Source: Nitrospirales bacterium | GTDB lineage: Bacteria > Nitrospirota > Nitrospiria > Nitrospirales > UBA8639 | Direction: 5' to 3' | NCBI GenBank assembly: GCA_963555755.3 | Contig: OY820905.2 | Location: 3,168,001 to 3,232,000, forward strand | Length of the DNA: 64,000 bases | Shown here: positions 19,877 through 29,870 of the stretch, in pieces | Layout: each line of letters starts with the position of its first letter | Position numbering within the stretch: the stretch's first letter is position 1 | The notes under the pieces: model-generated | Seen by the model: only the letters and a program-made list of their open reading frames with translations | The model's database searches: none | What the model was told of the DNA's origin: nothing | Made by a program: the position numbers and the translations under genes

Positions 19877-20723
19877 CCTTTTACACCACCCGGTATCAGC
19901 AAAGGTTCTAAAGTCTGTACCCATTCAACCTGTGACGCAGGATCCCACCATTTCAAGGCTTCAAACCATTATGGAACGAGGGGTGATGCGAGTAGGACAT
20001 TTTAAAGATAGTCTACCGTTGGCGTTTAGGAATTCTAAAGGACAGGTCGTTGGCTTGGGAGTGGAAATGGCGCACTTGTTAGCCAGAGAGCTGAAGGTGA
20101 GCCTTGAATTCGTCCTCCTGAATCGCGAAGAAGGGGCAAAGGCATTAACTAATGGTCAATGTGATTTGATCGTGTCTGGTATCGTCGCGACACCTCAACA
20201 CGTTCAAGAAATCGGGTTCTCTACCTCTTTTATGGATGCCACCTTTGCCCTCATCGTCAAAGATCACCGTCGGCATGATTTTGGAAGCTGGGAAGACGTC
20301 AAAAAAATGAAAGGTCTGAGGGTCGGCCTCCCCACTAAGTCTCCCTATTTTATGAAGTTACTTCGTGAACAGTTGCCCCAGGCCACGGTGATTTCGCTTA
20401 CGTCCTCCCGGGTATTTTTTAAGGACGAGAAGAATACAATGGATGCACTCGTCTATGGTGCAGAGCAAGGATCTGCCTGGACATTAGTGTATCCGGAATT
20501 CACAGTGGTCGTCCCACGTCCTATTCCTTTGACAGCCCCTATCGTATTTCCGTTACCTCTGGAAGAACGAGAATTGACCAAATTTGTCAACACCTGGATT
20601 ACCTTAAAGAAAAAGGATGGGACGATAAACCGCCTGTTTGCCTACTGGATTCAAGGCAAGGAGGCGGGGAGGTAAGAACCCCGGTGGTCCATCATTCGTA
20701 ATCTCCTCCATTGGGTTGAATAA
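19877..20723 (+). pseudogene. C-terminal substrate-binding (SBP_bac_3) portion of a probable symporter fusion
   Basis: ERGVMRVG...GVEMAHLLAREL; 5' end cut by ISL3; in-frame TAA at 20673 precedes the tail EPRWSIIRNLLHWVE. Confidence 0.7.
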
Positions 20724-20829
20724 GGGTTGGTCCCGAAGCCAACCTTCTTTAGTGGATTAGTGAAACAATTCAAAATTATCTGGAGATGCCGCTCTTCGTC
20801 AAGCACTGAGTTTCGCACCAGACGATGGG

Positions 20830-21093
20830 TCCATCCATCACGCGTTAGGTTTGCTTCTTATACGAACAGGCAAAAAAGCCGAGGCGATGTCAGCCTTGAA
20901 ACGTGCTGTGGAATTGCAACCTGACAACCCCCGCTACGGCTATGTGTATGGGATCGCCCTGAATTCGGTGGGGAAGGGAAAAGTGGCAATCGCGGTTTTA
21001 GAGAAAAACTACCAGCGCCATCCCCATGATCGGCAGACACTATTTGCCCTGGTCACCGTTCATCGAGGTCAAGGGGACAATGCATCTGCCGTC
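20830..21093 (+). pseudogene. TPR fragment paralogous to the C-terminus of the 8758-11115 cytochrome
   Basis: KAEAMSALKRAVELQPDNPRYGYVYGIALNS versus KAEAMPALKRAWEIQSDNPRYGYVYGIALNS. Confidence 0.8.
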
Positions 21094-21142
21094 CGTAAAA
21101 GAAACCTTGGTAGGGCATTTTGTGCATTAATTGTAAATTTAA

Positions 21143-21171
21143 TTGACATTTAGTGAATTTTTTCATATTGT
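21143..21171 (+). promoter_or_regulatory. Sigma70-type promoter, probably driving a leaderless mRNA
   Basis: TTGACA-17 bp-TATTGT with ATG 7 nt downstream and no RBS. Confidence 0.55.
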
Positions 21172-21178
21172 TTTGACC

Positions 21179-22351
21179 ATGATTTTTCGCAAGTTAGATT
21201 CAAAACTACGCGAACTTGCTGGTTATTATCCCGTTGTCGCTGTCACCGGTCCACGGCAGTCAGGAAAGACCACCCTGTGCCAGGCGGTTTTTTCGAAGAA
21301 ACCCTATGTTTCACTGGAGGCGATAGACCAGCGTGATTTCGCTCAAAATGATCCCAGGGGTTTCCTGGCGGAATATGTTGATGGCGCAATCATCGATGAA
21401 ATTCAGAATGTCCCGGAACTGCTTAGCTATTTGCAGGGCGAAGTTGACGAACGGCCGGAGCCGGGACGGTTCATTCTCACCGGGTCACAGCATTTTGGGC
21501 TCTCTCAATCAGTAGCGCAGTCGTTGGCGGGTCGTTGTGGAATATTGGTGCTCTTGCCGCCCAGTTTCGAAGAATTAAGGGCCTTCCCAAACGCGCCCGA
21601 TGAACTCTATTCGGTGTTATGGCAAGGAGCCTATCCCAGAATTTATGACCACAATATTCCGGCCCATCAATGGTTAGCCGACTACATTGCCACCTACGTT
21701 CAGCGGGACGTTCGTCAAGTCGTCAATGTGGGTGACCTTCAGAATTTTTCTGGGTTCCTCAAGCTGTGTGCGGGGCGTACCGCGCAAGAGATCAATTTCT
21801 CGGCACTTGGCAGTGATGCGGGTGTTTCGCACAATACCATTCGAGCCTGGTTGTCGGTCCTGGAAACCAGTTATATCATCCACCGTCTGCCTGCCTGGCA
21901 TGTGAACGTTCGCAAACAAGTGGTCAAGGCGCCCAAGCTGCATTTCTTTGATTCAGGAGTGGTGTGCTACTTGCTGGGCATCCGCGAAGCGGATCAGCTA
22001 CGCCACCATCCTCAGCGCGGTGCGATATTCGAAAGCTGGGTTGTTTCCGAATTGTTCAAGACCCATACCCATCGAGGGGTGCAGCCTAATCTCTTTCATT
22101 ATCGGGAGACACGCGGCCTGGAGATTGATGTTCTTTTCGATCAGGGTGAAAGACTTGATGCCATCGAAATCAAGTCTGCCTCAACGGTGACGTCCGAAAT
22201 GTTCAAAAACCTTCGCCGCTTCGCGGATCGACTAGAAAGCATAGGTGATACTCGAAGTATAGTATCGACCCTTGTGTACGGTGGCGATGACTCTCAACAA
22301 CGCTCACACGCCCGTCTCGCATCCTGGCGCAACATCCCCTTGCCGACGTAA
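21179..22351 (+). CDS. AAA_14 ATPase with DUF4143 domain
   Basis: GPRQSGKT, IDEIQ, LTGS, SLAGR, PKLHFFDSG, EIDVL...IEIK. Confidence 0.9.
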   Translation: MIFRKLDSKLRELAGYYPVVAVTGPRQSGKTTLCQAVFSKKPYVSLEAIDQRDFAQNDPRGFLAEYVDGAIIDEIQNVPELLSYLQGEVDERPEPGRFILTGSQHFGLSQSVAQSLAGRCGILVLLPPSFEELRAFPNAPDELYSVLWQGAYPRIYDHNIPAHQWLADYIATYVQRDVRQVVNVGDLQNFSGFLKLCAGRTAQEINFSALGSDAGVSHNTIRAWLSVLETSYIIHRLPAWHVNVRKQVVKAPKLHFFDSGVVCYLLGIREADQLRHHPQRGAIFESWVVSELFKTHTHRGVQPNLFHYRETRGLEIDVLFDQGERLDAIEIKSASTVTSEMFKNLRRFADRLESIGDTRSIVSTLVYGGDDSQQRSHARLASWRNIPLPT

Positions 22352-22362
22352 AGAAATGTAGC

Positions 22363-22490
22363 TTCCCGCTGCAAGTCGACGGGGTATTTAGAGTAAATCA
22401 GAATCCTATAGCCCCCCTTTGCAAAGGGGGGCTTGGGGGGATTTAAGTTTCTCCTATTCTTTATGAATACCCCGTCAGTTTGCTACGCGG
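22363..22490. repeat. REPIN-like unit: inverted GACGGGGTATT arms around a C6-TTTGCAAA-G6 hairpin
   Basis: GACGGGGTATT ... AATACCCCGTC; similar layout near 31287-31457 and 36705-36817. Confidence 0.6.
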
Positions 22491-22503
22491 ACCTTCATTT
22501 ATA

Positions 22504-22825
22504 GGCTCTTCGTGGAATCGTGTGGGCCATACAAGGAGGATTTGATCCAGCATTCCCCTCCTTTGTAAGGAGGGGCAAGGGGAGGTAGAAAGTCATGGAG
22601 CGGGGCCATCGGCTTTCTTGCGGGTGTCGGTGATCAGTCGAACAACTCTACCCCACCTCCGCCTCCCCTTACAAAGGGGAGGAATCGGATCGCTGAATCG
22701 TTTGAAAGAGCTGGAAGGGTGTTCTGCCTCTTTCACACACTCAGAATCCCCACCATTAGTAGCTAAGATGCCATGAACGATCCAATATTTACCTAGAATT
22801 TACCCACACGATTCCACGAAGAGCC
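22504..22825. mobile_element. ISL3-type MITE containing a hairpin doublet
   Basis: Perfect 23-bp TIR GGCTCTTCGTGGAATCGTGTGGG; flanks CATTTATA/CATTTAAA (7/8 TSD). Confidence 0.8.
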
Positions 22826-22828
22826 CAT

Positions 22829-24244
22829 TTAAATTTTCTCAACCCCAGGATTCAACGAACCGAAGGCATCTTTTGCAGCGGATCTTTCTGAAAAAGAAAA
22901 GTGGCGGGCCCTTGCTCTCGAAACCTGACGAAGCAATGGTCTCCATGACCAGGTCTTTGCCTGATCGGGTGTCGTAGTCGATCCGAAAAGAACATCCTCA
23001 AGTTTCTCGAGCTCTTGCGTCAAAGAGGGATCAACGGCTTCTTGGGAAAAGCTATGTAAGGTTGCCGCACCGGGTTTGTCATGAATCCGATCAAGCCAAA
23101 ACATAAGATGCCGTAATGCCGCACGCGGGTCACCGGAACGAGCGGCGTGACGGAATTGTCTAAACCAGCTGGCTTCTGAATTCGCTTGGCGTGTTCGCCT
23201 CTGAGCTAAATGGTTTAGGATTGGTGGACCGTAGCGACGAGCGAGTTTGGCGATAACGATAAGCACAAGTAATAGTACACCTAGAGGAATCCCCCACCGC
23301 TTGAGAAGATCAACAAGCGAAACACGTGATTGGGCTTGTGTCGGTGTTGTTTCTTCTGTCACCAGTTCCTGCGGCAGTGAGAAGGCGCTATCAAAAGCCA
23401 CTTCGGGGTTCACATGAAATTCTACAGGCGGTAGCGTGGCGCTTCGGAGTTGTTTGGCACCAATATCCCACCAATGTATTTCAATTGCCGGAAGTTGATA
23501 ATCACCCTCTTGCTCTGCAACATAGGTAGTCGTGACTTTGCGGGTGCCAACGATGGCGCTTCCTCGTTCTCCACTTGTATCGCTGACTGTTGGAGGCTCG
23601 GGATAGACACTGATTCCATCCATCGAACTAGATGGAAGTGAAGGAATGACCATTGACAAGGCATCATGGATCGTGACGGTAAGGACCCGAGTAAAGGCTT
23701 CGCCGATCTTGAGCATGTGAGGGGTTCGATCAAATTCCTGTGTCAGCGTGAGTTGTGTGGTGGCAATAAAGTAGTCAAGCCCTTGGGCTTGAACCGGGAC
23801 TTGGGTGGTGAACGTCAGTGGCTGAGGCGACACCGTAGCCGTCGCACCCGCGCCGACCCCCTCTCCATAATATTTCACCGCGATTGGAATGCTTGGAATT
23901 GAAAAAGAACCAGAACGCTGAGCATAGACCGTATAGTGACGACTTTGGCCAGCCCAGGTTTGGCCGTCGATGCGTTCCGTAAAATTAGAACCCCGTTCTG
24001 AAAAAATCGTTATGGAGTCTGGGATATCGAGATCCGGGAAGACGGGAGCCCCGGTGAACCAGGAAGGAACCAGAACTTCGACGATCACAGAAATCGGTTG
24101 ACCCACCGTCACCTTCGATTCAGGTTCAAGACGGGCCCTGGCAAACGGAGTTAAACTTTTCGTTCCCTCGGCCACAACCGGCTCCACAGGAAAGAACAGG
24201 CACCAAGCGAGGCAGAATGTTGCGAGGACAACTGGTTTTTTCAC
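22829..24244 (-). CDS. BatD-like protein
   Basis: Signal peptide, beta-rich domains, single TM, last gene of a VWA operon. Confidence 0.75.
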   Translation of the reverse strand: MKKPVVLATFCLAWCLFFPVEPVVAEGTKSLTPFARARLEPESKVTVGQPISVIVEVLVPSWFTGAPVFPDLDIPDSITIFSERGSNFTERIDGQTWAGQSRHYTVYAQRSGSFSIPSIPIAVKYYGEGVGAGATATVSPQPLTFTTQVPVQAQGLDYFIATTQLTLTQEFDRTPHMLKIGEAFTRVLTVTIHDALSMVIPSLPSSSMDGISVYPEPPTVSDTSGERGSAIVGTRKVTTTYVAEQEGDYQLPAIEIHWWDIGAKQLRSATLPPVEFHVNPEVAFDSAFSLPQELVTEETTPTQAQSRVSLVDLLKRWGIPLGVLLLVLIVIAKLARRYGPPILNHLAQRRTRQANSEASWFRQFRHAARSGDPRAALRHLMFWLDRIHDKPGAATLHSFSQEAVDPSLTQELEKLEDVLFGSTTTPDQAKTWSWRPLLRQVSRARARHFSFSERSAAKDAFGSLNPGVEKI

Positions 24245-25866
24245 AATGAATCCTTGTCCTGTTCATCCTGAGCCACCTCAGCAGCAAAGCGGTGACGAAG
24301 AAAATCAGCAGGGGAGGTTTGCAACCGACGCATCCACATCTCCGCAAGTTGATCATCGGTAAGCTGAGCGACATCCACTTCCCCTCGTTTTCCCTTTTTT
24401 CCCTTTTCATCAAATTTGATCTCATCAGGATCGAAGGTTGGGTCTCCACCCTCCTCCGTTTGTTCTTCCTCATCTTGTGTTTCTTCTGCAATAAGTTTCT
24501 CAATCAACTCGAGGTTTTCCGCTGCTTCAACCCAACCCGGGCGTTTTTCGAGAGCAAGTTCGTAGCTGGTAATCGCCTCCGGATAATTTTCCAGCTTGGC
24601 GTAAGCATTGCCCAGATTATAGGAGGCTTCAGGCGAATCCACCTGTACAAGCCAGGTCACCGCATCTTCAAGATTTCCATCTTGAAAATGAGCAATGCCT
24701 TTCCAGAGTGGATCCTGAAAATTTTCCGCGGCCGCGGAATAGTTGCCTTGTTCGAATTGCCAACGACCCTGCTGATCAGGGGTAAGCCAAAGGTCAAGGA
24801 AGCGAGTATCCTGGAATTCGGAGAGTGAGCACCCTCCCAATGTGAACACTAACACCGCCAGTTGCCATCGAACCGTCCATCCTTTGCGAAACCAAAGAAG
24901 GCCCAACAATGCGACCGGAAATACCAGCCAATACCCTTGGTCTTTCCATCGGGCCGTTTCATCCTCTTGCCGAACTCGTTGCAGGTGACTCTGGACCTGA
25001 CGCTGAATTCGACCAACATCGGCATCATCCACGGTCACACTAGCAACAAAAGCGCCAGTCTCACTCTCAAGAAGATTGAGCCCTTCCAGATCGAGCGTGG
25101 CGACCACTCGTCGGCCTTTGGCAGCCGTGTGGAATGTTTGATCATCGATTCGGATTGGCCCACCTTGTGTCGTGCCAACAGCTAATACGAGAACTTCGTC
25201 ATGAGTGCGCTCACTATGGGCGACAAAAGCAGGAACGTGGCGTTCGGCGATTCCGTCCGTAAAAAAAAGAATCGATCCCGGCACAGAATCGGAGGACAGG
25301 ATTTGCTCGGCTAGATCCAAAGCTTTGGAAGGATCTTTTCCATCGACAGGCATAACCTTCGTTGAGAGGGCGGGAAGAAACGTCTCGAACAACAATGGAT
25401 CGTCTGAAAGCGGTAGGACGGTATGAGCTGAACCAGCGTAGGCAATGAGTGCGGTACGGGCACCGGTACGAAGGGCAACAAGATCACGAATTTTCTGTTT
25501 GGCTCGCTCAAGCCGTGTTGGTTGAATATCGATGGCATTCATTGAGGCCGAAAGGTCAAGAGCAATGACCAACGGAGCCGTGTCTTCGGCAAACGGTGAG
25601 GCTTCGCGTTCCCAAGTGGGACCAGCGGCTCCCACGGACCCCAATATCATAAACATCACAACCAAATGTAAGGGACGAAAGCGCCACCGGTGTTCTCCGC
25701 CAACCTTCAAGTGAGTCAGTAAATGGGACGCAATGATCCGACGCCAACGGCGTTCGGTACTGCTCCCGAAGTGAAGGATCAGCCATAGAAGGAACGCGAG
25801 TACGACAATCCCCAACCACCAGGGGCGAAGAAAATGAAACTCGGTATAGGGGTTGAGGTCAATCAT
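24241..25866 (-). CDS. VWA domain plus TPR protein (BatB/BatC-like)
   Basis: FHFLRPWWL, MIDAS motif DLSASM, YNLGNAY TPR. Confidence 0.85.
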   Translation of the reverse strand: MIDLNPYTEFHFLRPWWLGIVVLAFLLWLILHFGSSTERRWRRIIASHLLTHLKVGGEHRWRFRPLHLVVMFMILGSVGAAGPTWEREASPFAEDTAPLVIALDLSASMNAIDIQPTRLERAKQKIRDLVALRTGARTALIAYAGSAHTVLPLSDDPLLFETFLPALSTKVMPVDGKDPSKALDLAEQILSSDSVPGSILFFTDGIAERHVPAFVAHSERTHDEVLVLAVGTTQGGPIRIDDQTFHTAAKGRRVVATLDLEGLNLLESETGAFVASVTVDDADVGRIQRQVQSHLQRVRQEDETARWKDQGYWLVFPVALLGLLWFRKGWTVRWQLAVLVFTLGGCSLSEFQDTRFLDLWLTPDQQGRWQFEQGNYSAAAENFQDPLWKGIAHFQDGNLEDAVTWLVQVDSPEASYNLGNAYAKLENYPEAITSYELALEKRPGWVEAAENLELIEKLIAEETQDEEEQTEEGGDPTFDPDEIKFDEKGKKGKRGEVDVAQLTDDQLAEMWMRRLQTSPADFLRHRFAAEVAQDEQDKDSL

Positions 25867-26854
25867 GTCGTACCCTCAAAGCGCGAGCGGCCTGGGCGAG
25901 CCCCATCAGGATGTGATACAGGAGCGCCAGGAGAATGGCTCCTCCCAAAGGCCAGTGGTAAAGCGGTCGAGTCGGCCGGTACGAATGTGTTTCAATCTCG
26001 ATTGGCGTCAGGGCATCGATCCTTCGATAAATATTCTCGAGCTCTTTCCGGTCATCGGCATGGAACGCAGCGCCACCCGTAACAGTAGCAATGGTCTGGA
26101 GGGTCTCCAAATCCATCTCGGCTTCTCCCGTACTCTGAGGATCACCGATGGCGACGGTGTGAATGGTAATGTGATGATCGGCAGCAATCTCTGCAGCCTT
26201 TTTGGGTGGGACTTTACTTCCCGTGTCATTTCCGTCGGTCAGAAGCACCAGGACACGATCCTGAGCCTCACTGTTTTCAAACACTTTAATCGTGAGTCCA
26301 ATAGCATCTCCCAACATCGTTTGAGGACCGGCCATGCGGGGTTCTGTCTGCTCCAGTAAAGCACGAACGACCTCATGATCCAGTGTGAAGGGTGCTTGAA
26401 GAAATGCCTGATTGCCGAAAACGATAACCCCGATACGATCGCCCTCTCGACGAGCGATAAAGTCGTCGAGGACTAATTTTACAGCTTCAAGTCTTTGAAG
26501 GGGATTTCCATCCGGGCCAACCATGTCCCGGGCGTCCATGGAACCGGAGAGATCGACGGCAAGCATCAGATCCCGAACAGATTCAATTTTTTCAATCGGT
26601 GGTTCAATAAACTGGGGCCGGGCGATGGCCGTCACAATGAGGATCCAGCACAAGGGTCCCAAGATCCATTGAAAAATATTACGGTGCATGAGGACACCGC
26701 CTCGGATGGGGCGTTGCCCTACCGCGGTCGCAACCTTCTCGAAGTAAGGAATGCGCACTGATTCCTGACGTTCCCGGTATGGGGGCAGGAGCCACCAGGT
26801 AAAAATGGGAGCCAACAGAAGCGCGAAAGCCCATGGAAGGTCGAACTCAAACAT
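25859..26854 (-). CDS. VWA domain protein (BatA-like)
   Basis: DLSGSM, GDRIGVIVFG, LLTDGND. Confidence 0.88.
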   Translation of the reverse strand: MFEFDLPWAFALLLAPIFTWWLLPPYRERQESVRIPYFEKVATAVGQRPIRGGVLMHRNIFQWILGPLCWILIVTAIARPQFIEPPIEKIESVRDLMLAVDLSGSMDARDMVGPDGNPLQRLEAVKLVLDDFIARREGDRIGVIVFGNQAFLQAPFTLDHEVVRALLEQTEPRMAGPQTMLGDAIGLTIKVFENSEAQDRVLVLLTDGNDTGSKVPPKKAAEIAADHHITIHTVAIGDPQSTGEAEMDLETLQTIATVTGGAAFHADDRKELENIYRRIDALTPIEIETHSYRPTRPLYHWPLGGAILLALLYHILMGLAQAARALRVRHD

Positions 26855-27365
26855 GATGCCGTTGAATCCATTCTCGGATGAGTTGGATCAGCCCATTCAT
26901 GTCGCTCGGATGAGTTTCCATTAGCTGTTCCAGATTCGAGAGTGGGGAATAGGCGAGCGTCGGAAGGAGACGTCCCGGACCCTGTGTGAATCCCTTCCCT
27001 CCGTAACTCTCATCCAAAAACCGAAGCCACGCATCACCACTGAGCGACGCCACTTCGCGACGATTCCAACATGCGAGCACCGTTTGCTTGAGGAGAACTG
27101 GAACCTCCGTGAGAGCGGAGAGCCGACGATCTGGAACGGTGAGATCCGCTTCGAGCCGACAAAGTTGATTCAGAGCCAGCCGCCGGTAGCGGTTGGCTTG
27201 CCAACGGGTGTAGATGGCATGGCCGGACCAAACGAGCAGTATGAGAATTAAGATCAGTACAACCCACCAACTAACGGTTTGTGGAATCCAGCTTACTGGG
27301 GAAGGGAGGACGATATCGTGGAGCTGGTCGAGAGTCGGTTGGATAGTTCCCGGCATCATTTTCAA
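26847..27365 (-). CDS. DUF4381 family protein
   Basis: LHDIVLPSPVSW, TM segment, YRRLAL, LSGDAWLRFLD. Confidence 0.8.
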   Translation of the reverse strand: MKMMPGTIQPTLDQLHDIVLPSPVSWIPQTVSWWVVLILILILLVWSGHAIYTRWQANRYRRLALNQLCRLEADLTVPDRRLSALTEVPVLLKQTVLACWNRREVASLSGDAWLRFLDESYGGKGFTQGPGRLLPTLAYSPLSNLEQLMETHPSDMNGLIQLIREWIQRHHV

Positions 27366-27376
27366 ATTTTCCCTAA

Positions 27377-27405
27377 TTGACTCATCAACATGAGTCAGAT
27401 AGACT
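27377..27405 (+). promoter_or_regulatory. vapBC promoter with palindromic operator
   Basis: TTGACT-17 bp-TAGACT; palindrome TGACTCAT-caac-ATGAGTCA; ATG 7 nt after the -10 box. Confidence 0.65.
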
Positions 27406-27412
27406 CATCATT

Positions 27413-27667
27413 ATGAAGCGAATGCAGGTCTTGATCGAAGAAACGGAATACCGCCGCATTGTGCGCATCGCCAAACGGCAAGGGATGACGCTGGCCGAAT
27501 GGGTTCGTCAAACGCTTCGCCTCGCCTATCGCCAAGAACCACTCGGCGATCGGGACAAGAAACTTGCCGCAGTACGGACTGCCACAGCGAATGAATTTCC
27601 AACGGCTGATATTGATCAGATGCTGGCAGAAATAGCGAGCGGGTACGGCTCAACGGAACAGCATTGA
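27413..27667 (+). CDS. RHH-type antitoxin (VapB-like)
   Basis: [18 protein letters not shown]; 4-bp overlap with a PIN gene. Confidence 0.8.
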   Translation: MKRMQVLIEETEYRRIVRIAKRQGMTLAEWVRQTLRLAYRQEPLGDRDKKLAAVRTATANEFPTADIDQMLAEIASGYGSTEQH

Positions 27668-28062
27668 TCCTTATCGATTCAAACATCCCAATGTACCTCA
27701 TTGGGGCGGCCCATCCACATAAAACCGACTCACAACAACTTCTCGAGCGATGTATCTCACGCAATGAGCGACTCGTAACCGATGCCGAAGTTTTGCAAGA
27801 GATCCTTCACCGCTATGTTGCGATTCAACGCCGAAATGCCATCCAAGCTGCATTCGAGACTATCCTCGCCATAGTGGATGAGGTGTTTCCCATTACACAA
27901 AGGGACCTTCAACGGGCCAAGGAGATTGTGTTGGGATCAACCCTGCTCTCGGCCCGCGATGCTCTGCACCTCGCTGTTATGGAACACAACAGTGTTGAAA
28001 AAATTCTCTCATTCGACCGGGGATTTGATGGTTTCCCCGGTGTCACACGAATCCATGAATGA
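27664..28062 (+). CDS. vapC: PIN-domain toxin
   Basis: ILIDSNI, EVLQE, RDALHLA, SFDRGFD. Confidence 0.9.
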   Translation: MILIDSNIPMYLIGAAHPHKTDSQQLLERCISRNERLVTDAEVLQEILHRYVAIQRRNAIQAAFETILAIVDEVFPITQRDLQRAKEIVLGSTLLSARDALHLAVMEHNSVEKILSFDRGFDGFPGVTRIHE

Positions 28063-28104
28063 ACTTGCAATTCCCGGTAGCTTCTTTCGGAGTACCCACT
28101 TAGA

Positions 28105-28303
28105 CCCCTCCTTTGGAAAATCCCCCCTCCCCCCTTTGCAAAGGGGGGCAAGAGATGGTGAATTCCACTCCTTACCACCCCTTTATCAAAGGGTGTAAGG
28201 GGACGGCGCATTCCTCTTTACCCCCCACCTTTGGCGAAGGGGTGTAAGGGGCTGGCGTCTTCCTCTTTCCCCCCCCTTTGCAAAGGGGGGAAGGGGGGAT
28301 TTT
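28105..28303. repeat. Cluster of four C-run/G-run hairpins
   Basis: CCCCCTTTGCAAAGGGGG and variants; same family near 22412, 29425, 29564, 30484, 31358, 36736, 36885, 44955, 51381, 59625 and 61391. Confidence 0.8.
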
Positions 28304-28375
28304 CTTACGGTTGATGGTACCAAAGAGCAAGAACGCTGCTGGTTATATTTTCCAACATCCTGTTAGGACTCCCAC

Positions 28376-29341
28376 TTAGCCTCGTTGGCCCCGGGCTGCA
28401 CCTCCGAGAAGATGTCGCACCTGCTCCAGGCTGTCTCCTTCGGTGGAAACAGGAATAACCGGCACCCCAAGTTTTTCCTGCCAGGCCAGAACCGATTTCA
28501 ACCGGCGGTCGGTGAACTCGGTGATCCGTCGCCGGGTTGAAGCTTGCCCCAGGTCAAGTTCGATTTGGAGCTCACCCGAACTTACCACTAATTTCCCCGC
28601 TTGAAAAATCTCCGTTCCCGAGGGATCAAAGACAGGGATGAGTAAGACGTCGTTGTGTTGGGCGATCTTCGTCACCATGCGGGTGGAGTCTTCATCGGCT
28701 CCATCAAAATCACTGATGATGACAACCAGGAAATCATGGCTCGCGGTTTGAGCCACGCGCTGAAACACGCGATTGAACATGGAGGGATTGGGAGGAATGG
28801 CCGAATCAGCCCGAAGGTTTTGGTTTTTCTCGACCAGCGCATGCAGAATCTGCAATACCGTGCGCTGGCTTCGATGGGGCCGAACCTCAATGACATCTGT
28901 ATCATCGAAGACTGTGGCGCCGACGCGATCGCCGGCATTAAAAACCCGCCAGGCTCCTGCAGCCGCGAGTTCTGCGGCAGTCACCGATTTCATATTTTGG
29001 CGAGTGCCATAAAACATGGCGAGCCGCTGATCCACCACGAGATACGCGGGCCGGTCTCGCTCCTCAGTGAACACGCGCACATGCGGTTTGCCGGTGCGGG
29101 CAGTCACCTTCCAGTCAATAGAGCGAACGTCATCGCCTGGCAGGTAGCCACGGATTTCTTCAAAATTGAGACCCCGGCCACGAACCTTAGAAGCATGTCG
29201 TCCGGAAAGAAGACTATGAACCGGTTGACGAGGAAGAAAGCTGAACCCGCGAGTACGGTGTTGGATTCGAATGAGATCCTCAAGGCTAACGTAGACGCCG
29301 GGAACCGAAGTCGAAGCGTCCAAAGAGTTCGAAAGGGTCAT
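28376..29341 (-). CDS. DUF58 domain protein (MoxR-associated)
   Basis: GRGLNFEEIRGYLPGDDVRSIDWKVTAR, EERDR, IISDF. Confidence 0.9.
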   Translation of the reverse strand: MTLSNSLDASTSVPGVYVSLEDLIRIQHRTRGFSFLPRQPVHSLLSGRHASKVRGRGLNFEEIRGYLPGDDVRSIDWKVTARTGKPHVRVFTEERDRPAYLVVDQRLAMFYGTRQNMKSVTAAELAAAGAWRVFNAGDRVGATVFDDTDVIEVRPHRSQRTVLQILHALVEKNQNLRADSAIPPNPSMFNRVFQRVAQTASHDFLVVIISDFDGADEDSTRMVTKIAQHNDVLLIPVFDPSGTEIFQAGKLVVSSGELQIELDLGQASTRRRITEFTDRRLKSVLAWQEKLGVPVIPVSTEGDSLEQVRHLLGGAARGQRG

Positions 29342-29549
29342 GAAACTTGATCCATATTATTTTCACCTCTTCGTGTAATCATGCGATAGTTGATCCTGTC
29401 ATTCTTGTTTATTCCTTCTACCAAATCCCCCCTAACCCCCCTTTTTTAAAGGGGGGGGATCTTGTGAAAGGATTGACACAAGGATATAATTTTTTTTGTT
29501 TCTCAGCTAAATTCCTTGAACTTCCTAATCCCGCTAACTTGCTACAGCG

Positions 29550-29870
29550 TTACCGCGGAGGTCCCCCCCTTTGCAAAGGGGGGCGTGGGGGGATTTTCTT
29601 CTCTGCATCCGGCAACGCCAGATAAATAGCTTCAACCACTGCATCCAGTTCTTGTAATACCTGCAAGTTGTTAAAGCGCAATACCTTTATTCCCTGCTGT
29701 TCCAAAACGGCAGTCCGGTTTGCATCTTTCCCCGAATGCTTTGGATCAAGATGTTGGGAGCCATCAACCTCCACCACCAACTTGGCCCGAGGTGCGTAGA
29801 AATCGACAATAAATTGCCCGATAGGTTTCTGACGATAAAACTGGACGGATCGAAGCTGTTTGCCTCGCGA
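29550..29870 (-). pseudogene. DUF559 (Vsr-like) endonuclease, 5'-truncated
   Basis: RGKQLRSVQFYRQKPIGQFIVDFYAPRAKLVVEVDGSQH...IKVLRFNN; 3' end runs into a C/G hairpin. Confidence 0.8.

Noticed and set aside
28105..28303. Possible CRISPR array
   Set aside because: Units are degenerate hairpins with related rather than unique spacers, and no cas genes are present
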